Source: Prochlorococcus sp. AG-355-B18
GTDB lineage: Bacteria; Cyanobacteriota; Cyanobacteriia; PCC-6307; Cyanobiaceae
NCBI GenBank assembly: GCA_003280965.1
Contig: QCDI01000005.1
Span: 32,001 to 96,000 of the forward strand
Length of the DNA: 64,000 bases
Reading direction: 5' to 3'
Shown: positions 10,388-22,092 of the stretch, in pieces
How positions within the stretch are numbered: position 1 is the stretch's first letter
Layout: the number at the start of each line of letters is the position of its first letter
The notes under the pieces: generated by a model
The model's database searches: none
The model's input: only the letters and a program-made list of their open reading frames with translations
Told to the model about the DNA's origin: nothing
Position numbers and translations under genes: made by a program

Positions 10388-11812
10388 CTATAAATCGGCA
10401 AAACCTTTTTTCTTTTTATTATTTTTTTGTTTTTTCATTGGCTTATTACCACTCATCCCTCCCATTCCTGGCATTCCTCCCATTCCTGGCATTCCTCCCA
10501 TTCCTGGCATTCCTCCGTTAGACATTTGTTTCATAAAACCTCTCATTCTTTGAAAATCAGCTAATACTTTATCTACATCTTTTGCTTCATAACCGCTACC
10601 CTGAGCTATTCTTTGTCTTCTTGAAGGCTGAGCAGCAAGAACCTCAGGTTTTTGTTTTTCCTCAAGAGTCATTGAAGAGATCATTGATTCTATTTTCTTA
10701 AGTTGATCTTCTCCATCTTTTATCATCCCATCATCGATTTTATTCATTCCAGGAATCAATTTAATCAATCCACCAAGTGATCCCATCCTTTTAATTAATC
10801 TCATCTGCTTAACGAAATCATTAAAATCGAAAGTTGCTTCCTGAAGTTTCTTTTGCATTGCCTCTGCATCAGCAAGTTCAACTTCTTTTTGAGCTTTTTC
10901 AACAAGTGTCAACACATCACCCATGCCTAAAATTCTGCTCGCCATTCTCTCTGGATGAAATGGTTGCAGTGCCTCTATTTTTTCACCTACTCCAATAAAT
11001 TTGATGGGTTTACCACTAATTTTTCTTATTGATAAAGCAGCCCCTCCTCTTGAATCCCCATCCAATTTAGTTAGTATCGCTCCTGTAATTCCTACTTTTT
11101 CATGAAATGATTTTGTCAAGTCAGCAGCTTCTTGACCAATCATAGAATCAACAACAAGCAAGACTTCATCAGGGTTAGAAATTTCTTTTATTCGAACCAT
11201 TTCACTCATCATAGAATCATCAATTTGCAATCTTCCTGCGGTGTCAATAATTATCGAATTAAAATCGTTCTCACTAGCAAAATTTAATGCCTCTTTAGTT
11301 ATCTCTTCTGGTTTACTATTTTTATCTTTTGCTGAAAAAACTTCCAATTCATATTGACTTCCCAATGTTTTAAGCTGTTCTACAGCTGCTGGTCGATAAA
11401 TATCTGCAGCAACCAAAAGAACTTTTTTTTCTTTTTCCTTCAAATAAAGGCCTAATTTTCCAGTTGCAGTTGTTTTACCCGCCCCCTGAAGTCCAGCCAT
11501 TAAAATAACTGTGGGACTATTTTCATTCTCGTTTAATGGAGAATTTTCATTCCCCATAATATTAATCAATTCTTTGTTCACTACTTCTACAAATTTTTGA
11601 CCCGGGTTTACACCCCTAACTACTTCTTCACCAATAGCTTTATCTTTGACATCTGATATAAACTCTTTGACTACTGACAAACTAACATCTGCATCAAGGA
11701 GTGCTCTTTTTACCTCTTTCAATGCGTCGTTAATATTACTTTCACTAATTTTTGCTTCGCCTCTTAAACCCTTTACTGCGTCTTCAAAGCGTGACGAAAG
11801 TTCATCAAACAT
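10388..11812 (-). CDS. ffh: Signal recognition particle protein Ffh
   Basis: GLQGAGKTT, DTAGR, TKLDGDSRGG and RILGMGD motifs; Met-rich M domain. Confidence 0.98.
   Translation of the reverse strand: MFDELSSRFEDAVKGLRGEAKISESNINDALKEVKRALLDADVSLSVVKEFISDVKDKAIGEEVVRGVNPGQKFVEVVNKELINIMGNENSPLNENENSPTVILMAGLQGAGKTTATGKLGLYLKEKEKKVLLVAADIYRPAAVEQLKTLGSQYELEVFSAKDKNSKPEEITKEALNFASENDFNSIIIDTAGRLQIDDSMMSEMVRIKEISNPDEVLLVVDSMIGQEAADLTKSFHEKVGITGAILTKLDGDSRGGAALSIRKISGKPIKFIGVGEKIEALQPFHPERMASRILGMGDVLTLVEKAQKEVELADAEAMQKKLQEATFDFNDFVKQMRLIKRMGSLGGLIKLIPGMNKIDDGMIKDGEDQLKKIESMISSMTLEEKQKPEVLAAQPSRRQRIAQGSGYEAKDVDKVLADFQRMRGFMKQMSNGGMPGMGGMPGMGGMPGMGGMSGNKPMKKQKNNKKKKGFADL
10458..10516. repeat. In-frame 18-bp tandem repeat (3 perfect copies plus a partial) encoding (GGMPGM)n in the Ffh tail
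   Basis: CCTCCCATTCCTGGCATT at 10458, 10476 and 10494, then CCTCC. Confidence 0.95.
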
Positions 11813-11859
11813 TATTAAAAAGTAATTTTAATTATTATAGATGATCTTGAAGTTAGTAA

Positions 11860-13965
11860 TTACAAACCACTAACGAAATCAACTAATTTCCATGATTTAT
11901 TTGAAAAACCCAAAATATATTTAACTTTTAGAGGAGTAAATGATGTTTCATTAACAAATTCTCCAGAATTCTTTAGTATCCTCTCTAAATAATTTAATTC
12001 TACTAATACAACTATCCTGGAGGAAGTTTGTGATTCGATATCTATCCTCTGGATTTGGGAATTAATTTCTTTAACAATACCTTTTTTCATATCATTTTGT
12101 CTTTCTTCGATTGTTCTATCAATCAAACCTTTACTGACAATGTTGGAAAGATTAATTTCACTTTTTCCAGCCAAATAATTACTTTTACTAAAAAGCCAAG
12201 CATTAATTAAATTTTTTATCTCTGCGATAGAAGGTGATGCTTTAGTAATTTTTTCGACTTTAAAGGAATTATTTACGGCAGAGTTCGCAACAGTAGAATT
12301 CAATTTATTAGAAGGTTTTTTTTTAATTTCTTGAGTGATATCTTTTTTACTAATATTTTGAATTTTTTCAACTGCTATTAAAGGTTTATCTGAAACAACT
12401 TCATTTTGAATTGATTTTTTAAAATTATTTCTTAGAAATCCAATCCCAATGCCAAATGTAAATAGAATCATAAATGCATATAGGTAAATTAAATAAGGTG
12501 ACCGGCTTAAAATTTCTTTACTATTCAAAAATTCCCCAAAACTAAATTTTAATTCAGCAATTTTTTCAATTAAGTACTTATAAACCTCTATTGGTTTATT
12601 CTTAAATATTTCCTCACTGAATTTGTTTTCATAGATATCAAGCTTCTCGAATTCTTGTTTAATACCACCTGGCCAAGGTAACCTCCTTTCATCAACATTT
12701 GCCGATGAGCTATCAAAATCTTCAGTGATGCTTGTTGAGGATTCTTTTTTTGTGAGTTGGTTTTGAAGATTTGGTTTAATTGTAATTTTTTTTGATTTCT
12801 TTTCTAATTTTTCTATAAATTCTTGTATTTCCCTATCTTCAAACCAAGAGTCCAAATCTACCTCTGTTGAGTCAATATCCCTATAACAAACTAAAACATC
12901 ATTCTCTAACCAATTTTTACAAAAATTGCATATCGCTTCTAACTTATTTCCTGGATAATTATTAAGCCAATCCCGCAAATTCTCATCAAAACTGCTAGAA
13001 AACCTTGCAGAAGCTTGATCAATATCCGCCAAAAGCAGATCTAAACAACCAACAAGAGGCATTGAATCAAGACCTGATATGTTTAGTTTCTTTAGAATTT
13101 TCCTAGCTTCAAATAATTTTTCTGGCTTTCTTCGTGAGAAGCCAATCGCTGTTAAGGATAAAAAAGCTAAGAATCCTGCTTCTAAAGATCCTCTTTTTTG
13201 TAATTCAAGGAACAAATCTATCTGTTCTTGAACGGTCAAAAATGGCCTTATTTGTTGAAAAAAAGCTTCAAATTCTTGCTGATTTAAATAATCTCCATAT
13301 TCAGACTTATTATTACCTTCCAAACCACCTCTTTTAATTATTAAAGTTTCCAACATACTCAAGCCTTTTTTATGAGACTCCTGATCATTTAAATCCCTAC
13401 TAAGTAGATCTAGAATCCGATAAGGAAGTAGAGCAACTAAATCTTCTTCAAGTTCTTTTCTTATTTCTAAAAGCTTTCCCATTCTTTGAAGAAGTTTTAT
13501 ACCCTCAGATAAAAAGTCCGCTGCGGTTGAATAGGATCTAAGCTGTTGTTCTTGAATTGCTGAATCTCTAGCTGTTAAAGCAGCTAATAAAGTTAGATCG
13601 GCTTCTCTACCACTTCCTAAAGCTGGAGTTTGTGGAGGCTGCAAAGCTTTCCTTGTGATTCTAAAAGCTTCTTTTGGGGAACCCGATTCCCAAAGAAGTA
13701 TTAATCCTGCCACTTCTCTATTTGAGGAAAAGTCTAGTCCAGATCTACCATTTAATAGCAAATTTTCGTACTCTCTCCTGCTTTCTGGATCTGTAAGTAA
13801 ATCAGCAGTCAGGCGAAGCAACTCTGATCTTTGGGTTAAAACTTCATATGTAAAACCTTCATCAGGCGTTTTATCCAACCTCAATTGAAACGCCCTTAAT
13901 ATTTCCTCAGAAGATGCAGAGGGGCTTACGCCAATTAAACGAAAATGGTCTAAAGGAAGTTCCAA
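11860..13965 (-). CDS. ftn2: Cell division protein Ftn2/ZipN (ARC6 homolog)
   Basis: N-terminal J-like domain (LPLDHFRLIGV...), one TM segment, C-terminal IMS/DUF4101-like domain; TTG start. Confidence 0.9.
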   Translation of the reverse strand: MELPLDHFRLIGVSPSASSEEILRAFQLRLDKTPDEGFTYEVLTQRSELLRLTADLLTDPESRREYENLLLNGRSGLDFSSNREVAGLILLWESGSPKEAFRITRKALQPPQTPALGSGREADLTLLAALTARDSAIQEQQLRSYSTAADFLSEGIKLLQRMGKLLEIRKELEEDLVALLPYRILDLLSRDLNDQESHKKGLSMLETLIIKRGGLEGNNKSEYGDYLNQQEFEAFFQQIRPFLTVQEQIDLFLELQKRGSLEAGFLAFLSLTAIGFSRRKPEKLFEARKILKKLNISGLDSMPLVGCLDLLLADIDQASARFSSSFDENLRDWLNNYPGNKLEAICNFCKNWLENDVLVCYRDIDSTEVDLDSWFEDREIQEFIEKLEKKSKKITIKPNLQNQLTKKESSTSITEDFDSSSANVDERRLPWPGGIKQEFEKLDIYENKFSEEIFKNKPIEVYKYLIEKIAELKFSFGEFLNSKEILSRSPYLIYLYAFMILFTFGIGIGFLRNNFKKSIQNEVVSDKPLIAVEKIQNISKKDITQEIKKKPSNKLNSTVANSAVNNSFKVEKITKASPSIAEIKNLINAWLFSKSNYLAGKSEINLSNIVSKGLIDRTIEERQNDMKKGIVKEINSQIQRIDIESQTSSRIVVLVELNYLERILKNSGEFVNETSFTPLKVKYILGFSNKSWKLVDFVSGL

Positions 13966-14113
13966 ACAAATATCCTATTGAAAATTCTTAGACAAATTTT
14001 ATCAAGTTAAAATTTTTTTTCATAAGGTCTTACAGAGTTATTAAAAAAAAACATAAAAATCGACCTTCACAGCTTAGAATGTTAACAAATCAAAACTTCA
14101 TTAAGGTATTTTC

Positions 14114-15151
14114 TTGGAAACACACGTAGAGAGAATCTCAAACCTTCAAGACATAAAAAAAGCCGAATTAGATCGAGAGACCGGATTATTTCTTTATGAA
14201 GATATGATACTTGGTCGAAGATTCGAAGATAAGTGTGCAGAAATGTACTACAGGGGGAAAATGTTTGGTTTCGTTCATTTATATAACGGTCAAGAGGCCA
14301 TAAGTACTGGAATAATTGGTGCTATGAAAAAGAAACATGATTGGTTTTGTAGCACTTACCGCGATCATGTCCATGCACTAAGTGCTGGCGTTCCTTCTTT
14401 TGAAGTAATGAGTGAGCTTTTTGGAAAAGCTACAGGCTGTAGTAAAGGCCGAGGGGGGTCCATGCACTTATTTTCAAGAGAGCATCACTTATTGGGAGGA
14501 TATGCTTTTATTGGGGAAGGAATTCCAGTTGCTCTAGGAGCAGCCTTTTCAAGTAAATATAAAAAAGAAGTTGCTGGCAATAATAATAGTGATGCTGTAA
14601 CTGCAGCATTCTTTGGAGATGGGACTTGCAATAATGGACAATTTTTTGAATGCTTAAATATGGCCCAATTATGGAAATTACCCATAATTTTTGTTGTTGA
14701 GAATAATAAATGGGCTATTGGTATGGCACACGATAGAGCAACCAGTAATCCTGAAATCTGGAGAAAAGCTTCTGCTTTTGGGATGCATGGTGAAGAAGTT
14801 GATGGAATGGATGTATTAGCAGTACGAGGCGCAGCACAAAGAGCAATTGAGCGAGCAAGAGCAGGAGAAGGGCCTACTCTTTTAGAATGCTTGACTTATA
14901 GATACAGAGGACATTCTCTTGCTGATCCTGATGAATTAAGGTCTGAAAAAGAGAAGGAGTTTTGGGGGAAAAGAGATCCTATTAAGAAATTAGCTCAAGA
15001 AATTATTGATGGTAAATTCGCAACTGAAGAAGAATTAAAAGATATTGAAAAGAAAATAGATTCAGAGATATCAGAGTCTGTTAAAAATGCCTTAGAAGCT
15101 CCTGAACCACCTTCACAAGAATTAACTAAATATATCTGGGCAGAAGATTAG
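14114..15151 (+). CDS. pdhA: Pyruvate dehydrogenase E1 alpha subunit
   Basis: [21 protein letters not shown]...NN TPP-binding motif, [11 protein letters not shown]. Confidence 0.97.
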   Translation: METHVERISNLQDIKKAELDRETGLFLYEDMILGRRFEDKCAEMYYRGKMFGFVHLYNGQEAISTGIIGAMKKKHDWFCSTYRDHVHALSAGVPSFEVMSELFGKATGCSKGRGGSMHLFSREHHLLGGYAFIGEGIPVALGAAFSSKYKKEVAGNNNSDAVTAAFFGDGTCNNGQFFECLNMAQLWKLPIIFVVENNKWAIGMAHDRATSNPEIWRKASAFGMHGEEVDGMDVLAVRGAAQRAIERARAGEGPTLLECLTYRYRGHSLADPDELRSEKEKEFWGKRDPIKKLAQEIIDGKFATEEELKDIEKKIDSEISESVKNALEAPEPPSQELTKYIWAED

Positions 15152-15152
15152 A

Positions 15153-16094
15153 TTAAATACCGCTTGGTAATTTTCTGGTTAAATTTCTTAATTTTCTTAA
15201 TGCCTTAAGTTCGACTTGTCTCACTCTTTCCCTAGAAACTTCTAATAATCTTCCTATTTCAGCAAGTGTATGTCTCTCGTTCCCATCAAGTCCGAACCTT
15301 AATTTAAGAACATGTTGCTCTTGCTCGCTTAGATGACTTAACCACTTACCTAGTTGCTCTTGATGCATTTTTTGCTCAACTTGGTCTAAAGGCTCTTCAT
15401 TATTACTATCTGCTATTAAATCACCTAAAAAGCTCCTACCATCATCACCATTGACTGGAGCATCTAAACTACTTGTTGATAAAGCTTGTCTTAAAACAGA
15501 ATCTAATTCTTCTACATCAATTTCCATTGCTTCTGCAATTTCAATTCTGCTTGGCATAGCGCCAAGTTTATGTGCTAAATCCCTACTGACTTTTCTTATA
15601 GATGCTAATCTTTCGCTTAAATGAACTGGTAAACGTATCGTTCGTGATTGGCAAGCTATTGCTCTTGTCATACTTTGTCTAATCCACCAAAAAGCATAAG
15701 TTGAGAACTTATATCCTCTTGTAGGATCAAATTTTTCAACAGCTCTCTCTAAACCAAGAGAACCCTCTTGAACTAAATCAAGGAGTTCGAGTCCTTTACC
15801 TTGGTATTTTTTTGCCACACTTACGACTAGTCTTAAATTAGCTTTCATCATTCTCTCCTTTGCTCTTCTGCCAATTTTTATTGTTCTTTTTTGCTGTGTT
15901 GTAAATTCTTTATTATTTTCATTTAATTGGCCATCTTCTGTGAGAATCATCATTCGCTGAACTTGATTACCAAGTTCAATCTCTTCAGCAGGTGTAAGCA
16001 ATGGTACTCTACCGATGTTCTGCAAATACCAACTTATAGGATCATTGCCCCTTCTTTTCTGTGGTTCTGCTTGTGCTGGTATTGATGAAACCAT
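15153..16094 (-). CDS. Group 2 sigma-70 factor (RpoD/SigA family, lacks region 1.1)
   Basis: ANLRLVVSVAKKY, DLVQEG, GYKFSTYAFWWIRQ and SRERVRQ motifs. Confidence 0.95.
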   Translation of the reverse strand: MVSSIPAQAEPQKRRGNDPISWYLQNIGRVPLLTPAEEIELGNQVQRMMILTEDGQLNENNKEFTTQQKRTIKIGRRAKERMMKANLRLVVSVAKKYQGKGLELLDLVQEGSLGLERAVEKFDPTRGYKFSTYAFWWIRQSMTRAIACQSRTIRLPVHLSERLASIRKVSRDLAHKLGAMPSRIEIAEAMEIDVEELDSVLRQALSTSSLDAPVNGDDGRSFLGDLIADSNNEEPLDQVEQKMHQEQLGKWLSHLSEQEQHVLKLRFGLDGNERHTLAEIGRLLEVSRERVRQVELKALRKLRNLTRKLPSGI

Positions 16095-16234
16095 TATTTT
16101 GACCCAATAAGGTATTAAAACTCTCCTACACTTTTAGGAAAATAGCCCAATATTTAATGCGCGCTTCAGATTTCAAGTAATATTTGTATATTTATGTGTT
16201 AAAAACTATAAATATCTCTCTTAAATTGTTTCTT

Positions 16235-17797
16235 TCAAGATATTTGTCTCGTTTTTCTTTTTCTCATAATTTTCGATAATTCATCACCAATAGCAGATGC
16301 ATTAGAGCCACTTTTGCATTTTGATGCAGCAAATGAATGCAAAAGTACGTACTTAGCAAAAAAATCGGTTGTTATATTTCTACAAAAGGTTAGATCTATC
16401 GCAGAACTTCCAGCTACAAATCCAGATAAAAGATCACCCAATCCAGCTCTAGCTGTCTGAGAATCTGTCCCAAAAAGTTGCCATGCATTTTTATTGTCAG
16501 CAATTATGCTATTAGCTCCTTTCAACAAAATACTAATATTAAAATTTTTTGCTGCTTTAAGTGCTAATCCAACATTCGTTTCACATTTGATATTAGGAAA
16601 TAACCTTTGAAATTCTTTAGGATGAGGTGTGATCCATGTTTTAAATTTTCTCTCCAAAAAGAAATTTGCCCCTAACTTAGATTCGGAAATTCTATTAAGT
16701 GCATCTGCATCCAAGATCAATAATCCTTCAAAACCAATAAGATAGTCTTTTGTTTTTTGCCAATCATCATTATCAATTCCTATTCCTGGGCCGACAACTA
16801 CTGAATCAAATGAACTTAAATCAATATTTTTTAATGCGCTAAATAAAGATGCATTTCCATTTTGATTAGATTGCATAGTTTCTTTTAAAACTATTTCTGG
16901 AGCTACTTGCCAAATAGATTCAGAAACTAACTCAGGCAGGACAGCCGAAATATAGCCTGCTCCACTTGATATGGCCCCTTTTACTGCTAAGTATGCAGCA
17001 CCAGGATATTTTTCACTTCCGGCTATTAATAATGTTCTGCCTCTTTTATATTTGTTGGAATTTTTTGGTAAAGAAGGTAAATCAATATTTTTAAAATCTT
17101 TGTAAGTAACCTTAAAAACTTTTTTTTCAATCTTAAGTAACTTATAAATAGGCACCCCAATATCGATATGGTGCAATTCTCCAATAAATGGCAAAGCAGA
17201 ATCTTCGGTCAGCCCCATCTTATTAAGACCAATGGTCAAGGTATAGTCTGCCTTTACTGCGTCTAAAAAAGGCTCTCCTGAATTTGGACATAATCCTGTT
17301 GGAATATCAATACTTATTACCTTGCCATATTTGTTATGAAATTTTTGATTAAATAGTTTAATTAATTTATTATCAACTTTTCTTGATTGATTATTACCAA
17401 AAACTGCATCAATCCAAAGGTCTTTCCCATTTGCATCAGGGGGCTCTAGTAATTTTGTGACACCAAGAGATGTAAGATAATTAAGGTGGTTATTTGTTAA
17501 CGTTTTTTTTATCGGGAATGGACACCATACCTGAACATAAAAACCTTTCAAAAAAAGCTCTCTAGCTATTACGGCACCATCCCCACCATTATTGCCCGGG
17601 CCTACCAAAACAGTTATTCCATTCTTGAGAAGAGGTTTCTTTTTTAAGAGCCATTTACTAATTTGGATACCAGCTTTTTCCATCAATGCTTCTTGTGGCA
17701 TTCCATCAGAAAACATTTCTTTCTCTAATATCAACATTTGCTTTGAATCAACAATTAAATGTTCAGAGTCAATTGTTGGCCATACAATTTCGTTCAT
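16235..17797 (-). CDS. nnr: Bifunctional NAD(P)H-hydrate epimerase/dehydratase (YjeF/Nnr)
   Basis: LMEKAG, GPGNNGGDG, DIPTG, GPGIG, DADAL, TPHPKEF and GLGDLLSG motifs. Confidence 0.93.
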   Translation of the reverse strand: MNEIVWPTIDSEHLIVDSKQMLILEKEMFSDGMPQEALMEKAGIQISKWLLKKKPLLKNGITVLVGPGNNGGDGAVIARELFLKGFYVQVWCPFPIKKTLTNNHLNYLTSLGVTKLLEPPDANGKDLWIDAVFGNNQSRKVDNKLIKLFNQKFHNKYGKVISIDIPTGLCPNSGEPFLDAVKADYTLTIGLNKMGLTEDSALPFIGELHHIDIGVPIYKLLKIEKKVFKVTYKDFKNIDLPSLPKNSNKYKRGRTLLIAGSEKYPGAAYLAVKGAISSGAGYISAVLPELVSESIWQVAPEIVLKETMQSNQNGNASLFSALKNIDLSSFDSVVVGPGIGIDNDDWQKTKDYLIGFEGLLILDADALNRISESKLGANFFLERKFKTWITPHPKEFQRLFPNIKCETNVGLALKAAKNFNISILLKGANSIIADNKNAWQLFGTDSQTARAGLGDLLSGFVAGSSAIDLTFCRNITTDFFAKYVLLHSFAASKCKSGSNASAIGDELSKIMRKRKTRQIS

Positions 17798-17843
17798 AAT
17801 GAGTACAAAGCAATTGAATTCCCGTTTAAAAATTTAAACTTTC

Positions 17844-19001
17844 ATGTTAAAGACACAAAAGGATAAAAAATTAGACAACTTTTTTTCTTCTAATAATAAA
17901 ACTAAAAAGAAGAAAAATATCATTGTAGGTCTTTCTGGTGGGGTAGATAGTTCCCTTTCTGCTGCTCTTCTTGTTGAGAGAGGCTGGAATGTTGAAGGAC
18001 TGACTCTTTGGCTAATGAAAGGACAAGGCTCCTGTTGTTCTGAAGGATTAGTAGATGCTGCCGGCCTTTGTGAAGATTTGGGAATTAATCATAAAATAAT
18101 TGACTCAAGAGAAATTTTCGAAAGAGAGGTAATTAAAAAAACTACTGAAAGCTATGAGAAAGGATTTACTCCACTTCCATGTTCTATGTGCAACAAGAAT
18201 GTGAAGTTTGAAGAGATGCTTAATTACGCAATAAACAAAAAAGACTTTACTCATATTGCGACCGGACATTACGCAAGGATAAAAAAATCATCTTATGCTG
18301 AAACTCTTGATTGCAAGAGCTTTGTATTTAAGGACTTCCTTCTTCTCAGAGGTGCTGACGAAAACAAAGACCAAAGTTATTTTCTTTATTCTCTTCGACA
18401 AGAATTACTAAGCAGATTGATATTCCCTCTTGGTGAAATGAAAAAAGAAGAAACAAGAAAGGAAGCCCTGAGATTAGGCCTTAGAACTGCTCAAAAACCA
18501 GAAAGTCAAGATTTATGTTTAGTTGAGCATTATGGATCAATGCAGAGATTTATCGACAAACATATTGAACCCAAAGAAGGAGAAATTGTGCATGTGAATG
18601 GGAAAATCCTAGGAACGCACAATGGTATACAGCACTTTACGGTAGGTCAAAGAAAAGGTTTGGGCATTGCTTGGCCAGAACCATTGTATGTAAAAAGTTT
18701 AGACAGGGTAAAAAACATAGTTTATGTAGCAGATAAAAGTGATCTTTTTAAGAAAGAAGCAACCATAAATAAGGTTAACTGGGTTTCAATCGAAGAACCT
18801 AAGCAAGAGATAGAAGTAGAAGCACAAATCAGATATAGAAGTCATCCAGTAAAAGGAACTTTAATACCTCTGAAAAATTTAGATAATCCAACTAGAACAT
18901 TTAAATTAATTTTTGAAGAAAATCAAAGTTCAGTAACGCCAGGACAAGCTGCAGTTTTTTATAAAGGAGAAATTTTATTAGGTGGCGGATTAATTAATTA
19001 A
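17844..19001 (+). CDS. mnmA: tRNA-specific 2-thiouridylase MnmA
   Basis: SGGVDSS, ATGHYA, KDQSYFL, TVGQRKG and TPGQAAVFY motifs. Confidence 0.97.
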   Translation: MLKTQKDKKLDNFFSSNNKTKKKKNIIVGLSGGVDSSLSAALLVERGWNVEGLTLWLMKGQGSCCSEGLVDAAGLCEDLGINHKIIDSREIFEREVIKKTTESYEKGFTPLPCSMCNKNVKFEEMLNYAINKKDFTHIATGHYARIKKSSYAETLDCKSFVFKDFLLLRGADENKDQSYFLYSLRQELLSRLIFPLGEMKKEETRKEALRLGLRTAQKPESQDLCLVEHYGSMQRFIDKHIEPKEGEIVHVNGKILGTHNGIQHFTVGQRKGLGIAWPEPLYVKSLDRVKNIVYVADKSDLFKKEATINKVNWVSIEEPKQEIEVEAQIRYRSHPVKGTLIPLKNLDNPTRTFKLIFEENQSSVTPGQAAVFYKGEILLGGGLIN

Positions 19002-20481
19002 TTTTCCAAAAGAAATTTAATCCCATAAAAAATATAAACAATAACAAAAGAGGTTTATCTCCAAATTTTGTATATAAGGTCTTTTCGGATGAAAAATTAG
19101 GGAACACAATTTTATTTTGCTCCACATTTAAATCTAGAAGTTGAATAATTCTTCCATCATCTTTTACTAAACCCGAAGGACCGGTGTTTGATACAAGAAG
19201 ATTATCTTTTCTATTTTCAATACTTCTCAATCTTGCCAAAGAAAGGAATTGATCATAAAGCTTAGTTGGATAGGGATCTAAGTTTGCTGCAGTTAATATT
19301 AGTTTTGCACCGCTATTAATAGCCTTTCTTATTTCCAATCCATCACTAATTTCATAACAGATAGCCACTGCTAAAGGTTCTGTAAATTTAGGATCAAAAA
19401 ATCTTGAATCAGAGCCTGGTTGAATTCCTCCTACTGCAGATAATCCTCTTGAAAAACTATCTAAAAATCTAGGTATTTTTTCACCTAATGGAACAAGTCT
19501 ATTTTTATCTATAAATGAGGTAAAAAATTGATCTCCAATTTGAAATCCTAGTAAAGAACTTCTTAACTCATTATTAGAATTTCTGAAACCTCCTGCCAAG
19601 GTATTAACCTTAGAGCCTTTAGACAAATAAAAATTATTGTATAGAGTTCCTTCAGGAGCAACAAGAAGTTTCGCTTGATTGTCTAAAGCATACTTTTGAG
19701 CGATAGATTGTTTTTCTTTAATAAATTCATCATCTATTTTTAATTTTTCTCTTGTTGATATATTAGTTTGCCAAATTGCTACAGGATTTTCATAATTTCT
19801 TTTAATTGGAGTTGCTAAACCACCAAATAAATGTAAGAAAAAAATAATAAGAAGTCCTAAAAGAAATATTTTTTTAAAGTGAAGTTTTCTTTTCAATCTA
19901 CCGTGACTAAAAAAAATCCAAAATCCAATCAATATTTGTATTACGCATAAACCACTTGCGCCAATCCATCTTGCCAAACCAGCAAGATAAATATCAGCTG
20001 GGACAAGACTTTCGCCTAAACCTATCCAAAAAAAAGGTGTTTGAGAAAGTATTAATTCACCAATCCCCCAAGTCAAAGATAAAAAAGTTACTTTTACAGT
20101 TAAAGGTAATATTTTCATTTTAAAAACATCCTCTTTCCAGAGAATAATTTCAGCTAACAATCCCCATAAATAAACTAATATCCCACCCAAAAAAGCACAA
20201 AATAATAATATTGAAATGGCGATTATTAAACTTGCAAGCCATGAAAAACCAAGCCATGTTAAAGGATGAAGATCATATAACCATGAATGACTGATCAAAA
20301 CGAAGAAAAAACCCCACCAAAAATTTGCTATTTTTCTCTCACTTGCCTTCCATAAAATAAATAAAGAAATCGGCATAAAAATCAGCCAAAAATGAGTTGA
20401 AACAGAAATTCCTCCTAAAATTCCACCTACACAAGGGTAAAAATATTGTCTTAAACTTTTAATCTGAGTCGGGATTAACAA
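18994..20481 (-). CDS. lnt: Apolipoprotein N-acyltransferase
   Basis: Multi-TM N-half; nitrilase triad segments PEG, K.RLVPLGE and ICYE. Confidence 0.92.
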   Translation of the reverse strand: MLIPTQIKSLRQYFYPCVGGILGGISVSTHFWLIFMPISLFILWKASERKIANFWWGFFFVLISHSWLYDLHPLTWLGFSWLASLIIAISILLFCAFLGGILVYLWGLLAEIILWKEDVFKMKILPLTVKVTFLSLTWGIGELILSQTPFFWIGLGESLVPADIYLAGLARWIGASGLCVIQILIGFWIFFSHGRLKRKLHFKKIFLLGLLIIFFLHLFGGLATPIKRNYENPVAIWQTNISTREKLKIDDEFIKEKQSIAQKYALDNQAKLLVAPEGTLYNNFYLSKGSKVNTLAGGFRNSNNELRSSLLGFQIGDQFFTSFIDKNRLVPLGEKIPRFLDSFSRGLSAVGGIQPGSDSRFFDPKFTEPLAVAICYEISDGLEIRKAINSGAKLILTAANLDPYPTKLYDQFLSLARLRSIENRKDNLLVSNTGPSGLVKDDGRIIQLLDLNVEQNKIVFPNFSSEKTLYTKFGDKPLLLLFIFFMGLNFFWKIN

Positions 20482-20566
20482 TCTAAAATTACGAAATTAA
20501 ATATATAATCACCCATACATTGTACCTTTATTCTGTAGTATTAGTTTTAGTACTTTTAAAATTTAG

Positions 20567-21139
20567 GTGAAAGAAGTCTTTATCAGTTTTGCAGTTTTTG
20601 TTATTTGTGTTTCATTAACTATTTTCAGTCAATTTAATTCTCCCCAAGTTGTTAATGCTGCTGAAACAGAACCTCAATTAGTTCAACAAACACCTCTAGC
20701 AAAACCAACAAATGTTTCAAATAACAACTTATTTGAATTAGACCCATCAGATCCAAATCCTATACTTTTCGCTATGGCAGAAGAAACACAATCAGATACT
20801 AATTCAAGGACTACAGAAAGTGGTCTAATTATTGCGGACATCCTGAATGGGGAAGGAGATGAGGCCAGCGCTGGACAAACAGTTACAGTAAATTACACTG
20901 GAACCTTAGAAGACGGAACACAATTCGATACAAGTATAGGTAGAGCTCCATTCAGCTTTCCCTTGGGCGCCGGACGAGTAATAAAAGGTTGGGACGAAGG
21001 TGTTGCAGGTATGAAAGTTGGAGGGAAAAGAAAATTAACAATTCCTCCTGAACTTGGTTACGGATCAAGAGGAGCAGGAAATGTAATACCTGCTAATGCG
21101 ACCTTGATATTTGAAGTTGAATTATTAAAAGTCAATTAA
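20567..21139 (+). CDS. FKBP-type peptidyl-prolyl isomerase with N-terminal signal/TM segment
   Basis: [29 protein letters not shown] and LIFEVELL motifs. Confidence 0.95.
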   Translation: MKEVFISFAVFVICVSLTIFSQFNSPQVVNAAETEPQLVQQTPLAKPTNVSNNNLFELDPSDPNPILFAMAEETQSDTNSRTTESGLIIADILNGEGDEASAGQTVTVNYTGTLEDGTQFDTSIGRAPFSFPLGAGRVIKGWDEGVAGMKVGGKRKLTIPPELGYGSRGAGNVIPANATLIFEVELLKVN

Positions 21140-21217
21140 ATTAAGTAAGAAAAGTATTTAAGACTTTTCAATTTAGTTAATCTCCAAGTAATATATATAC
21201 AACACAAATTATTTGAA

Positions 21218-21691
21218 ATGTTAATTAAATTCATCAATTCTCTTCTAGATAAAAAATCCCCAATGATCGTCAATGCTCACTGCGATGGTCCTTGTGGTGT
21301 TTATGATCCAGCATCTACAAGAGTTGCAGCAGAAGCAGTTTTATCAATGACAAAAAAGCTTATTGCACTAGAAGCTCCTTCTAGCACTGATTCAGCGGAG
21401 TGGGCTACATACAGCAATACATTTTCTAGATATGTTGCAGTTAAAGAAGAGCAAGCAAAAGAAACAAAGAAAGAAATTCTAATTCTGTGGACAGATTACT
21501 TTAAACCAGTTCACTTAGAAACTTATCCAGACTTACATGAAACAATTTGGAAGGCAGCCAAATTATGCAGTGCATGCAAAGTTAATATTGATTTAGCTCA
21601 AGCTGAAGAACTCATGACTTATGTTGAAAAGATTCATAATATTTTCTGGGCATCAAAAGGAAGATCAGACGCTTTCGTAAAAGCTAGTTAA
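21218..21691 (+). CDS. sodN: Nickel superoxide dismutase precursor
   Basis: Nickel hook HCDGPCGVYDP after a 20-aa leader ending in NA. Confidence 0.98.
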   Translation: MLIKFINSLLDKKSPMIVNAHCDGPCGVYDPASTRVAAEAVLSMTKKLIALEAPSSTDSAEWATYSNTFSRYVAVKEEQAKETKKEILILWTDYFKPVHLETYPDLHETIWKAAKLCSACKVNIDLAQAEELMTYVEKIHNIFWASKGRSDAFVKAS

Positions 21692-21735
21692 TCAGAATTA
21701 TTTTCAAAAGTATTTTTGATTTTATTTTATTTTTC

Positions 21736-22092
21736 TTGGGTTTAAGAAAAACCGCTTTTGTTTATGGTGACTCTATGTTACCAACCCTAAAAGCGGGAGA
21801 TATTGTATTTTTTAAAAAATATAAAAAGCATAAATCAATACTTAAAAATCGACAAATAGTTATTTTTAATCATCCACTAAAAAATAAAAAACTTATAAAA
21901 AGGATAAATTCAGTGAATCAAAATGATATTGAGGTTCTTGGCGACAATATTGAATTTAGCGAAGATAGTAATAAATTTGGATTAATCAATAACGAAAAAA
22001 TAATTGGGATTGTCACTTCTAAATTAATTTTTCCTAAATTAAAAAATTTTTTAATTCAAAAAAACAGAAGCACTTCTTTGAATCCAAAATAA
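21736..22092 (+). CDS. sodX: NiSOD maturation protease (S26 family)
   Basis: GDSMLPTL Ser motif, LIKR Lys motif, GDN...SEDS..FG; directly after sodN. Confidence 0.9.
   Translation: MGLRKTAFVYGDSMLPTLKAGDIVFFKKYKKHKSILKNRQIVIFNHPLKNKKLIKRINSVNQNDIEVLGDNIEFSEDSNKFGLINNEKIIGIVTSKLIFPKLKNFLIQKNRSTSLNPK

Noticed and set aside
10458..10516. Tandem repeat considered as a CRISPR-like array
   Set aside because: No spacers, in-frame within ffh, and no cas genes in the window
20482..21217. NtcA-like boxes upstream of the FKBP gene and sodN
   Set aside because: GTA/TAC spacings are N10 and N7 rather than the required N8
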